Assembly: GCA_002245135.1 (NCBI GenBank)
Contig: NGBS01000617.1
Coordinates: 1-64,000 of the forward strand
Origin: Proteromonas lacertae
Taxonomy: Eukaryota
DNA: 64,000 bases
Direction of reading: 5' to 3'
Part shown: positions 50,301 to 64,000 of the stretch, piece after piece
How positions within the stretch are numbered: position 1 is the stretch's first letter
How the letters are laid out: the number at the start of each line of letters is the position of its first letter
Made by a program: the position numbers and the translations under genes
The notes under the pieces: model-generated
Databases searched by the model: none
What the model was told of the DNA's origin: nothing
The model's input: only the letters and a program-made list of their open reading frames with translations

Positions 50301-53300
50301 AGAGGAATTAATATAACAGATGTTGATTTTAATGAAGTTGAGAATGGTTATTTAACTATACAAATATACTGTGAAAATGGTAATTTAGAGATTAATAATG
50401 ATATTGCTTTGAGTAATGCTGTGAAATATGAAAGAATAGATAAAGGATATGAATTAAAAGGATATAAGAATGATCAAATTAACAAAGTGGTAAATAATAT
50501 AAGATATTTAAGTGGTGGATTACCAACAGATAAATTAATTATTGTTGTAAATGATAATGGATTTTCTGGAGATAATAATAATAATAATAAAAATAGAAAA
50601 GATAGTAATATTATAAAGAAAGTAATTCCAATAAAAGTGTCAAGATTAGATACAACCCCATCGTTTTATATAGAGAATAAGAATATAGTAATAAACCAAG
50701 GTGAAACTATTAATTTGAATGTTATTCCACAATATAGTGGTGATACTTCCTACGAATTACAATTTACTATTACTAGTGATATATTAGCATTAACTGTTGA
50801 TGATTCTACATTAGTTAGTTATCCTATTTATACAGATACAAATGTAACATTGTCTGGTACAATTGAGAATCTTCAAGCTGTCGCTAAAACTGTTCAATAT
50901 CATTGTCCATCTTATTACAATTCTGCATTGTATGGAAGAATAATGATTTATTTCAAATTGAAGTTAATTCCAGGTGGTGATTCTATTTTACCAGTTTATG
51001 ATAGTATAAGTATAACAGTCAATCCAATTAATACAAAACCAAATATATTATTCCCATTAAATGAAAATATCACAACCAACGAAGATGTACCAATATTATT
51101 AGATAATATTCAAATATCTGATAATGATTTGAATATGAATGATTCTTATAATAATATATATTCAATCACACTTGAAACACTTTATGGGTCATTAGAAGTG
51201 AATAATATTGCTGGTTTAATCGCTAATAACAACATGTCTACAAATGGTAAAGTAATTTATATGGAAGGTACAATTGAAAGGATTAATATTGCTTTGAAAA
51301 ATACATATTTTATTCCTCAATTACATTGGAATTCAGTGAATAGAAACTCTCCAAGTAATGCAATTCCTGACTATTTGAATATATCATTAAATGATAATGG
51401 AAATATTGGATCAATTGGTGAAAATATTGAAAATAGTTTAATCTCACAATTATCTATTAAAATATATGTTAATTCCGTCAATAATTGCCCAACGATTTAT
51501 TTGAGTGAAAAAATGATTATTTTAGATGAAGATGTTGGTAAGAATATATCAAATATAATAGAAATCAATGATGTGGATATATTCCAAGATTTCTTAATTT
51601 TAACCATCTCTTCCATTCATTTAAAATTGAATTTATCAGTCAGTTACTCCAACAAAGATAAAGAAATAGAATGTAATAGTTGTAACAATTATAATAATTT
51701 CATTCAAATGAGAGCTAGATTAAATGACATTCAAAATAGTCTGAATAACTACCTTTCTGTCTTACCAAATAAAGATTATAATGGAATTGACTTTATATAT
51801 ATCAGTATAGCTGAAGATAATAATAATAATAATAATTGTAATATAACAACTGCATTTTCTGTAAAGATAAATCCAATTAATGATCCACCAATTATCTTAT
51901 ATAATAATCAATACAATATACCTCGAAATAACACCTTATCTATTACTGATATTGAAGTAATTGATATTGATTGTACTGAATCTCCTGTAGGATATTTAAC
52001 ATTGGAAATATATACAACTAATAGCGGATTATTGAATATTAACTTAGAGGAATATAATGTTATTAGAATAGTAGAAGGAAATATTGAAAATGATACAAAG
52101 TTAGTATTAGAAGGCAAGCTTAATGACTTGAATAGAGTATTATCCACTTTAAAATATATTCCATCAACGAATATATCAATAGAAAATGATATAATTGTTA
52201 TGAAAATAAGTGATAATGGTTTTGATGGTAAAGATACTGTTGTTTATGATAATATAATCTACAATATATCAATAACAATAGATAATGTCTATAATCCACC
52301 AGAAATAATAACAAACATAAAATACATCATCTCTAATGAAGATGAAACTCTATTATTAGAAAATAATAGTATTATTATAAGAGATGAAAATGAGATGAAT
52401 ATAAATACTTATATATTAAAATTGACTGTTCAACAAGGCATATTGCAATATTACATTCCAGATAATGATAAATTACAACCAACAGATTATTATTTAGGTA
52501 ATAACATAAGTGATATTAATTATATACTTACTAATGTTTTATATACACCAAATTTGAATTATTATGGACATGATACTTTAACTATTTATATTGAGAAGTT
52601 ACCAATGGATGAAGATAATAATAGAATATATAATACACTTTCAATTCCAATTTCAGTTACTCCAATCAATGATTTACCTGTTATAACGGCTATAAGTTCA
52701 AATATTGTTTCAGATACAATAGAGATGAATGAGAAAGATCATATTTCTATTTCATTGAATGTTAATGATGTTGATGTTGATCCAATAGTCAATATTAACT
52801 TCTTTACAGTTACATTAGAATGCGATTTATTGTTTTTATCCATTTTTAAAGTACCAAATGTTCAATATATTGAATTAAATGATCATTTTATTCAATTTAT
52901 TGCTCCGATTGAAACATGTAATTTGATACTTAAGGAAATATCATTATATGCTCCTGATGGTGTTAATGGCAATACTCAATTGAAGGTTACAGTAAATGAT
53001 AATGGTTATTATGGAAAAGTAGAAAATAAAGACAATTTAAATGTAGTTAAAATAATAAATATCACAGTATTAAATGTTAATAGTGAACCAGTAATCACAA
53101 TAACTAATAAATATTATACAACTGAAAGAAATGATAGAATAATGATCAGTGGTACAACAATCTCTGATTCTGATTCAACTGATATTCTTCCAGTATTAAT
53201 GACTATTACAATGAGTAGTGAACATGGTAAAATCTGTTTAATGAAGGATAATTCAAAGTTGGAGTTTATGAATTGGTGATTTAAAAGACTGTTATAAAAC

Positions 53301-56300
53301 TATTAAATTCACTACTACTGATTATTCTACTATAATTGATTCATTCTATTATATTCCTGATAGGTTATATATTGGAGTTGATATTGTTACAATTATTGCA
53401 AATGATAATGGTTATTCTGGTGTAGTAGGAGGTGAAACAAATGCATTAGAAAGTAAAGAAAGTATTTATATTCATTGTGTTGATTCAATAACACCATCAA
53501 CAATAATTACACCAGAAGAAATGAATGTTATAACAAATCAAATATATAATTTGAATAATATCTTTATTGATGTTCCTGCAGGTCCTTTACAAAATGAAAT
53601 ATTGTCAGAAATAGTGTTAGGCTGTGAATATGGTTATTTCATACATCAATCTTATTATCCAGGTTTATATCTACCAAATTATGAAGATACAAAACCAAAA
53701 ATAATTAAGATATATGGAAGGTTAAATGATATTAATAATGCAATTAAGAATCACAATATTATTGCTTATACAGTTGAAAATAAAGAAATTAGAAATGATG
53801 TAATTAATATTACTTTTAATGATAAGAGATATAGTTCAACTCCTGGAATTATTGATGTAATTGTTACTCCATCTTGTGATAAAATTGAATTTATTTATTC
53901 CAATTATTATTATGATTTTGAGGAAGATAGTTCAAATCATTTTACTGATATTTCTATTAAACCATTTAATGGAAGTAATAATGATAATATATATTTGTAC
54001 ATTGAAGTAAAATGTGAACATGCTATCTTAACATTTACATCTGTTAATAGTTTTGTTTATATCATTCCACCTGGTAAGAATCAAGTGAAAGTATATGGTA
54101 AATATAATGAAGTGAAAGATATATTGAATTATTTATATTATTTGCCTGATAAAGATTTCAATGGATTAGATTCTATTAATATCACTGTTAATTATAATAC
54201 TCAATTATGTAAAGAAAGTAATTCGTTATATTTATCAATAAAAGTAAATCCAATCAATGATCAACCAGTAATAACACTTCGAACTAATAAATATACATTG
54301 AACAATGGTAAATCGTTGGAAATCAATAATGTAAGAATTGAAGATATTGATATAACAGATGATAGTTTCTATTATCAATTTACAGTTTCAATTTTATGTG
54401 TTTATGGAAATATTAAATTATTGACAATGAATGGAATAAGACCAATTAACACTGCTAATAATAATGTTACTTTTACTGGTTCATTAAAGTATATTAATCA
54501 AGTTATAAAGAGATTTATCTATATTTCTGATCCTATTTATTATGGTATTGATATTATTACAATTACTGTTAATGATGAAGGAAATATTGATAGTAGAAAT
54601 CCAAAAGTGAAATATGTTGTGAGTAATACAATAGAAATAACACTTTTAAAGACAATCCATCCATTAGAAGTTGAATCAGTGAATAAAGACTATGAAATTA
54701 ATGAAAATGAAGATTTAATTTTATCAGAGATGAAAATCAATAATTGTACTGAAAATCTAATTCATTTAGAAGTTAAATTCACTTATGGAAATGATCAGAA
54801 TAATTCAATCATTAGAATGTTGAAAACAGATGGAGTGACAATCATAAATAATAACAATTACAGTAATATAATCATTGAAGGTAAATATGATGATATATTA
54901 CAAAGTTTAAATTCAGTTTATTATAAACCAAATACTCATTGGTTTGGTGTTGTTGTATTGAATTATTGCATTCAAGACAAGTCAATTTCTATTGAAAAAT
55001 GTACAGATATAAAGATAAGAGTTAATCCAATCAATGATCCACCAGTTGTTCAATATATAAATAACAATTCAAATATAATAATAATGATAAAAGAAGGTGA
55101 AAGTATCAATTTGAATGATTTAGTATATGTTGATGATATTGATTCAAATTTAAATCCAAATGGAAAACAGATAGTTACGTTGGAATGTTTATGTTTATTA
55201 TGTGAATTTGAAATTAATGAGAATAAGAATATTATCGGTTTTTATAAGAGAATTCAACATAATTCTATTATTTTACAAGGAACAATTGATGTTATTCAAG
55301 AAGCAGTAAAAGTATTGAAATATATACCAATTCCTCATTATAATGGAAAAGATAATATCACTTTAATATTGAATGATAATGGTGGTTATGGAAAATTATC
55401 AAACAGTAATTCAAACTATTTTGAAGTTCCATTATCAACAACACTTAATATTCCAATAGAAATAACTGCAGTAAATGATGTACCCTATGTTATACCACCA
55501 ACTAATATAAATGTTGAAGTAGAGAATGAATATTATGTATTTACAGTTGAAAACACAAGAATTAATGATTATGATTTGAATGAGAATAAAAATGATAATA
55601 GTAACTTTGTATTGGTTAATATTAGTTGTAAATATGGAAAATTATCATTAAATAATGAAGAAGGAATTATTTATATAAATAGCAGTGAAAATAACAACAC
55701 ATTATTCTTCCATAGTAATTTGAATGATGTAAATAATGCAATTTCAATCATCAAATATTCAGTTTTATATAAAGACATGAGAAATGATGATTCTATTACA
55801 ATAACAGTAAATGATAATGGAAATACTGGTGAAGGAGGTAATAAAGAAGGTAAATATGAAATATATTTAAATCAACATCAAATCAAACTTCCACCTCAAG
55901 TAAATTTTCCTCAATATACAATAGAAGGAAATCAAAATGAATGGATTAATTTACCTATCAATATAACTCATAAAGATAATATTATCAATACGAATGAGAT
56001 AGATAATGATCGATTTGTGGAAGTAAAAATAGCTGCTGGTAATAGAGGATCATTGAGATGTGATAGATTGAAAATCACTTCTGATCATTATAATATAATT
56101 GAAGATTTATATATCAATTGTAAAGGTAATTATACACTCTCTTTATTGAAGAAGAATGAAGAAATGAATGAGAATAATAGTGTAATAATTCAATGTGATG
56201 CAAAAGATATGATTTATCATGAAAATGAGAATATCACAAGTATTGAAAGAGCATTAAAGAGTTTAAGAATATTGAAAGATGTAACTGTAATAGTAAAAGA

Positions 56301-59300
56301 GTTGAATGATGTTTCAAAACATTATGTAATTACATTCAATAGAGCAAATTATGACTTACCATTAATCAGTATTTCAGAAGCAAATGCTAATACAACAATT
56401 AATGAATATAATGTAAATTATGTTGATTATAAACCAAGAAATGGTAGTTTTAGATTATATTATAAAGATTTCTATACTAGAGATATTGATATTGATATTC
56501 AAACAGATGAATTTGAAGAAATAATAGAAAATGACATACCTTTTATTAATTTAACAATCATTGAAGAAGTAGAATATAATAGTAATAATGGAGGTAAAGA
56601 ATGGAAAATATGTTATTTATCTCCAACAGATTCGATTGTTTCATTATCAATAGATACTTCTAAATTGAATAATTTGAATATGACATTAATTCCATCTGAA
56701 AATAGAGATGTAATGACAAGAGTAGAAAGTATAACAACTGTAGCAACAGTTAGAAATCCAGTTCAAAGTATTCAATTAAAAGGAAGAAAAGGTAATGAAT
56801 TTGGCTATTTCAGAATTGTATTCGATTATACTGAAATCAATGGAATAATCTATAAAACCAATTTATTAACATATGATTCAAGTTGTATGAGATTTGAAGA
56901 TGGTATTAATTATAAAGAAGATTCTTTACAAGATCAAATAGAGAAATTACCATTAAATATAACAATCAATTGTAAGAAACAAAATCCAATGGTTGATTAT
57001 AATGATACAATTGAATGGTTAGTTACATTTATAAATGCACCTGTTAATTTCCCATTAGTTACAATTGAAGAATATGGAAACAATAATAATAATAATAGTA
57101 ATAATGACAGTAATATTGAATTTAAAACTTATTGGATTATTCAACCAATAGGAATTCAAGATGGATATTTCCAAATTGGTTATAATGGTCATATTTCATT
57201 GCCAATTCCATTCAATGCAACAGCAAAAGAGATGAAAAGAGCAATTGAGTTAATAGAACCAACTGATGCAAAGATATATAATAACGATGAATATAACCAT
57301 GTGATAGTGAAAAGAAGTAAAGTTGATGTATTAAAAAGTGGAAGTTATACTTGGATTATTTATTATTTGAAAAGAGATCCACTATTTTTAACATCTTTAT
57401 ATTTAATGAATAATAATTTGATTGGAGATGATCCAAGGGTGATAATAAATACAATCAATGAAGGTGGAATAAAACATAATAAATTTGAACTTCGAAAAAT
57501 TGGAGGTTTTGGTTACTATAATGATAATAGTGATGAAGTTTTACATATTGAAGGTAATTTGAAATATATAAATATCGCATTGAAGAATTTATATTATAAA
57601 ACTGATGAATATTATTATGGTGATGTTGATGTATATGTTTACGTAAAGAATAGAGATAAAAATGATAATGATAATGAATATTATACAGTTGCAGTATTTC
57701 CACTAACTGTAAAAAGAGTTAATAATGTTCCATCAATATCTTATCCATACAATGGATTAATCACTAAAGAAAATATACAAATATATTTATCATCCATAAA
57801 GATAACAGATTATGATAATTATTATAATTATTATGAAAATAATATTAACATCAACAATTGGATATTTCATTGAACCAAGTGATGGTAATAATACAAAAGC
57901 AATTCATTATTTAGGAACTTTAAAGAGTATTAGTAATTATTTGTCAAACACATTATATATACCAAAGTCCTATTGGAATGGAATTGATGATTTGAATTTA
58001 ACAGTAATTGATTATACAGTAATGGATGATAATGAAAATAATACCGTTTCAAGAATTATTCCAGTAGTGATAAAACCAGTAAATGATCCACCAATTGTAA
58101 AGTATTTATCTCAACCAATGAATGTTCAAGAGGATTTGAGTTTTAGATTAAATGATAATATATTAATAATTGATGCCAGATGATAATGAGTTTACTCATA
58201 AAACAATGATAATGGAATTGAATATATCTTCACCAAATTATTATTTTACACTTAATTATAATGACAATGGAAAGATATTATCCACTAAGACATATAACCA
58301 ATCAATGATTCATATTTCTGGACCAATAGATTTCATTAATAAAGCTTTATCCACAATGACAGTTAATCCGCAACCAAACTATTGTGGTTCAACCGTTATT
58401 AATATTGATGTAAATGATTTAGGTAATTTCGGAGAAGGTAAACCAGAAATTACTCACAGTGAATGGTATATAAATGTTGAATGTGTTAATGATGGTCCAA
58501 TAATTGATTTGTATAGAGATGTATCAGTTTGTATGGCAGGAATTCAAAACTTAAATCCAATGATTATTAATTCAAACATGTTTGATTGTTTAGAAGATAT
58601 TGGATGTGATAAATCATATTTCGATAATAAGGAATATGATGATATTATCAATAACTATACAGATTGTATAAGTAATATAAATCTAACAGATTTATCATTG
58701 ATAAGACAAGCTAAGACAATACAATACAGTTGTACTCCATTAGTATTTAACTGTACTTTGAATAGTAAACCATTAACAACTGTTTATTGTAATGAAGATC
58801 AATGGTGTGCTATAAGAGGAATTCATTTGAGTGATTTTGATACAAAATATAATAATAATAATAATAATATAACATCCTATTATAGAATGAGATTTACAGT
58901 AGAGAATGGTTATATTAACATCAATAATACTGAGAATTTAGATATTAAAATGATAAATAATAATAATAATAAATCATATAAATTACACTTAAATAATTCA
59001 ATTGAAGTATATCACACATTTGAAATCAATGGAACTTTAGAAGAAATAAATAATGCAATTTTATACATCAGTTATTACAGTGAGAATAATTGGATTAGTG
59101 ACAAACATGGGTTTGACAGGTTGAATATAATAGCAATGGATAATTACAATAAAATAAATGAAAAAACTGTTAAAATATTTGTAAGACCAGTAAACGATAT
59201 ACCAAATATTGTATTTGATTATCCGCTATTTACAGTTGATGAAGATATTCCATTCTATTTAGACAGTGTAAATGCATATGATATTGATGGTGAAGAAAAT

Positions 59301-62300
59301 CCAGAATCAATTTATACAGTAAATATTTCCAGTAATTATGGAAGTTTCAATATAACACCATTAGCTAGAATATATCATATTAATAATAACACTTACAACA
59401 ATGTAAATCCATTAATATTTGATGTAAGATATAAGTATTTAAGTGAAGTTATTCACTTGGTTGAATATCAAAACAGATTAAATTACAATGGAAATGATAC
59501 AATCAGAATAGAAGTGAATGATAATGGAAATAAAGGACTTCAACAATTAGAAACTAATTTAACAACAATAGGAAGTAATGAAATAATAGTAGTAATAAAT
59601 CCAGTAAATGATCCACCAATAGTTATAGTTCCAACTGAAATATTATATGCATTTGAGAATCAAATAATGGAACTACCTCCAATAATAATAAGAGATCCTG
59701 AAGTTATAAATGGTAGTGAAATATACAATTTAATGATTGAAGTTGAACATGGTACAATTTCATTTGAATCATTCTATTATTATAACCAAAATATTAATAG
59801 AATGAGTGATAATGATTTTGATAAGTTAACAATTAATAAAGGATCAATAATTAATGATAAATTTATGAATATTACTGGACCAATCAAAATATTAAATGAA
59901 TTATTCATATTCTCAACTTATCAAAGTGAAAAATTCTACAACAGTTATTTAAGTCTTCCAGATACTATAAAATTCACTATAACAGAAGTAGAGGAAAAGA
60001 TTCCACTCTCAACTAGCAGTTTAGTATATGTTCATGTTGAACCAGTCAATAATAAACCTGAAATAATGGCTCCTTACATTCACAAGAAATATAATAATGA
60101 TAGTAATTATTTAGAAGTAGATTATATTGAAATATTGAACGTAACTGAGGATATCCCATTCTTAATTAAAAATCTATACGTTATAGATTTAGATGCAAAA
60201 GAAACTAGAAATAATGTGTTGGATATTTTATTATCAGTTCAACATGGTATATTAAAGACAAATTCATTGTTTAAAATATCTGAATTCTCCTCCAGATTTG
60301 ATCCAATAATAAGTGGTTCTACAATCCAATATAGAGGATCATTGAATAGTATAAATCGAATGATTAAAACATTATTTTACATACCAAATCATAATTACAA
60401 TGGTGTAGATAATTTACATATTTATGTAAATGATAATGGTTATACTGGAAAAATAACAAATAATTTATTCTATGATAATACTCACTCTATTCAATGTTTT
60501 ACAATAACAATTGATAATAATTATAATTATAATGAAACAATCATAATGAAGTATTTAGTGAAAGATTATTTGAATTATTCAGATTGGAATGTTAGTGATA
60601 GTTATATCGAATCTACTCCATTTACTATTTCAGCTTCTTCTGAAGATGTGATGGTTATATTGAATAGATTATTGAAATACAGTCACTTAATCCCATATAC
60701 TAGTGAAAGTGGTGTGACTTATGTGAATAGAAGTGATTCTTTAAATTCGATACAATATTGTGCTCATTTCAATCCAAATATAAAGAATTTACCTGAATTA
60801 GAAATAGAATCAAATTATTCATCAAAAGTGAAAATTGTTAAAGATTATACAATTACAACTACTTCATTATATGATATTGTTGATATTCCAATAGAAATAG
60901 AAGAAATAAATGATCCACCTGAGTTTAGTATACCAGCACCTATAATTCAGCTTGAGGAGAACAAGCCTGTTCATTTGTATGGTATTAGTTTGTATGATGA
61001 AGAAACAACACCTGTTGATGGAATGATTTATGTAAAGATAGTGAGTGAAAATGGAAAATTAACTTTAAATAATGTAAGAGATGATGAAAGAGTAAAATTT
61101 TACTTGAAATCAACAATCATTTTAAACGATACAATCTCTAAAGTTAACGAATATATTTCCGATATTATTTATACACCCAATGAAGATTGGAATACTGATT
61201 ATAAAGAAAATGAAACGATCATATTTACAGCATATGATGATATGAAAGATTTAAAGAATCCAAGAGGTACAACTGAAATATTATCATTTATAAAAGTGAT
61301 GGGAGTTAATTCTCCACCAGTTATTCATATTCCTGGTGAAATAAGAGCCAATAATAATTGTACAATACAACAGAATGATCCATTACCGTTAGAACAAAGA
61401 TGTGATAGAATAATTAACTTAGATACTTTAAAATTGAATGTTACACAGAATGAAGTTAAATCAATTGATAATTTATATATTGTAGATACGGATGGTGAAT
61501 TATATTATGCATTTAAACATACAGTTGAAGTAAATTGTAGTTATTGTATATTAACATTGAAATCTAAATATGGAATAATATTTAAAGACAAAACTGAAGA
61601 TATTAGTAACAGAATCATTATAGAAGGATCATTAAGTAATATAAACAAAGCAATTAATGGTATGACTTATTTGAACAAAAGAGAATATAAAGGAAGAAAT
61701 GATTTCCTAACTGTTTATGTAAATGATAATGGTAATTCTGGTAAAGGTGGTCCACTTACTGATTATATTAGTTTATCAATAGAAATAGCATTAGTTGATG
61801 CAGGAACCTCATTTCTTACCTCATTCAAAGAATGTAATAGTGAATGAAGATGAATTGAGTTTATTACCACAGTTACAGATTGTTGATGAAGATATAGAAA
61901 ATGATTTATTGAATTTAGAAATTGAAATTTTACATGGATTTATTATATTACAAGTTGATTTATATAACTTACATTATCAATCATTATTGAATATTAGCAA
62001 CAGTAATGAGAATAATAATGTTAAATATTGTAAACATTGTAGTATAAATGGTACAATATTTGATTTAAATAATTTGCTGAACAGTTTCTATTATTTAAGT
62101 GATTTGAATTATAACAGTGAAATAGGTGAAATTGATAGAATAAAACTCAATATAAGTGATTTTGAGAAATGGAATATTACAAATATATATGTTAATATAT
62201 TACCAGTTGATGATTCACCTGTATTAACAAAAGAAGATGCAATTTATTCAATTAGCAACCGAACAGAAGATAATTTATCATTCAAAATCGAAGAAATCCC

Positions 62301-64000
62301 ATTAATAACAATAAAAGAAGAAGAAACAGTCTTAATAGAAGGAATATCAGTAAGAGAAGTTGATTTTAAATATGAAAATAGTGTATTTGAAGTGTTGGAA
62401 TGTTTAATACATAGTAACAATGGAAATATAACGATTAACAATTATAAACCAAAATTATATAGTGATGTTATACATTACAATAAGTCAAATGTATTAATAA
62501 TAGATGGTGATTATAGAAACACTAATAATATCCAATTTAGAAGTAATGTATATGAAATGAACTTGTTATTATCAAATATTACATATAAACCATATAAATA
62601 TTATAATGGAAATGATAAAATAACAATTGAGGTTAGAAATGATGATAAATACGATGTAATGGAAATAAATATATATATTGAAAGTATTAATAAACCACCA
62701 GAAATATATATAAAGAAACGAATTGATGGTTCAAAAGAATTTGTAGTAAAAGAGAATTCAAGTTTCTTATTACCTCAAATAACTGATTATTGGAATAGTT
62801 TTAGAAATCAAACTCAACCTACTACAGAAGGATATGAATTATATGAAACTCATTTCATTACACGAAGATTTGATTATTCATATGACTTTGAATTAGTAAA
62901 AGATATATTTAAAGGAGAAAATTCATCTTTTCCTAAAGACTTTATTGAGTTTAATGGTAAATTATACTTTAGTGCTGAAGATGATATAAATGGAAGAGAA
63001 ATATGGGTAACTGATGGTACAATGAGTGGAACAAAATTATTTTATGATTTAAATCCAGGAATTGGATCATCTGATCCTTCAGATTTTGTAGTTTATAATA
63101 ACAAATTATATTTCACTGCTTATGGAAATGAAATGGAATATAGACTTCATGATGAATGTGATGGTTATAAGACTGCCAAAATGAATGAAGACATTCTATT
63201 TGTTGCTTCAGAGAGTAACGAATGGGATAGAAACCATGTTTATGACTGTCCAAATAACTATCATTGGATGAATACCAACGAAGCGAATTTATTATTTAAA
63301 AATAACTTAATTAATGGTCCAAGTGATGAAATATCAGCATATTATTCTCAATGTGGTTGGAGTGGATATAGTTATAATAATACAGAAAGAAAATATTGGA
63401 GATTTAGCGATTCTTATATAAATGGTTCTTATAAGATTGGTGGATATGGAGAATCAATCAATATTCGATATAATTTATTTGATGAAGATAAATTTGCTGG
63501 AATAATCTGTTATAGAGGAGAAATTGAGTGTATAGAGGGTGAAAAATGTGAGAATTATGATAGAAATCGAGTATTATGGTCAACAGATGGAGTTAATGTA
63601 AATACTCATAAAATCATTACCCAAAGACAATCATCCCCTATGTTTAATCCTCGAAACACAATTGTATTTAATAATAAGTTATATTTTGAAGCATCAAGTT
63701 CAAAATATGGAAATGAGTTATTTGTAAGTGATGGAAGTGAAGAAAATACTAAGATAGTAGCTGATATAAATCCTGGAATAAAAGGTTCTTATCCTGAAAA
63801 ATTAGTAACAAATAATAACAACTTATACTTTACAGCTGTCAAAGATAATAAAAGACGATTATATTTATATACCACTGAAGATGAATATTATGTAATTAAT
63901 GAAGATGGTGATATAATAAATGAAATCTTAACAGTCGAAAATAAAAGTAAAATCTTCTTTGATAGTTATGATAATGAAACAGGAGTAGAATTATATGTAT
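44334..64000 (+). CDS. Giant secreted protein (>6,500 aa) with tandem cadherin-like/Ig-like repeats and ELWxxDGT repeats; runs off the window
   Basis: Signal peptide MIKYLFSLLIYLSVSICF after removing intron 44342-44371; second intron 44596-44626. Dozens of P(V/I)NDxP / NDNGxxG / EDT repeats, then GREIWVTDGT and GNELFVSDGS. Six single-base insertions split it into the ORF-track pieces. Confidence 0.88.

Noticed and set aside
23940..52147. Numerous short antisense ORFs overlapping SPB1, the kinase-LRR genes and the giant gene
   Set aside because: Shadow frames of real genes with low-complexity F/S/L/I composition.
1..64000. Programmed frameshifting or mass pseudogenisation to explain the split ORFs
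   Set aside because: Breaks are single-base indels, mostly in homopolymers, and also hit essential genes (SPB1, PTB-like). Long-read consensus error is the simpler explanation.
1..64000. Stop-codon reassignment or alternative genetic code
   Set aside because: Long ORFs end at TAA, TAG or TGA normally, and interruptions are explained by introns or indels.
44334..64000. Bacterial contaminant or chimeric contig for the adhesin-like gene
   Set aside because: It has two spliceosomal introns at its 5' end, poly-Asn tracts and the same AT-rich codon style as flanking host genes.

Overview
Very AT-rich eukaryotic DNA, not bacterial. It has tiny (~26-37 nt) GT-AG introns, a eukaryotic tRNA-Ile(AAT) and protein families typical of stramenopiles, so a Blastocystis/Proteromonas-like gut protist is the best guess (inference). 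From left to right: (1) 1-6865 is one arm of a Polinton/Maverick-like element, carrying a pPolB N-terminus, an rve integrase, accessory ORFs and a hairpin-rich CT terminus. It is inserted into a duplicated ABCG gene fragment and itself holds a 639-bp TG..CA foldback element with a 6-bp target-site duplication. (2) A glycosyltransferase paralogue, a BTB gene, tRNA-Ile, a HORMA-like gene, a pogo-type transposase relic and a 767-bp-arm inverted repeat. (3) A co-oriented trio of a full-size ABCG/PDR transporter, a GT77-like glycosyltransferase and an AT3-SGNH O-acetyltransferase. (4) SPB1, an RP9/CIR-like gene, a PTB-like gene and a Cys-rich ORF. (5) Three tandem pseudokinase-LRR genes built from symmetric phase-1 LRR exons, with an hAT relic after copy 1. 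(6) A single >6,500-aa secreted cadherin-like/ELWxxDGT giant protein gene running off the window. Three candidate U12-type introns (two AT-AA, one AT-AC) share a divergent ATATCATTTT donor. Many single-base, mostly homopolymer, indels hit even essential genes and are most likely sequencing errors.
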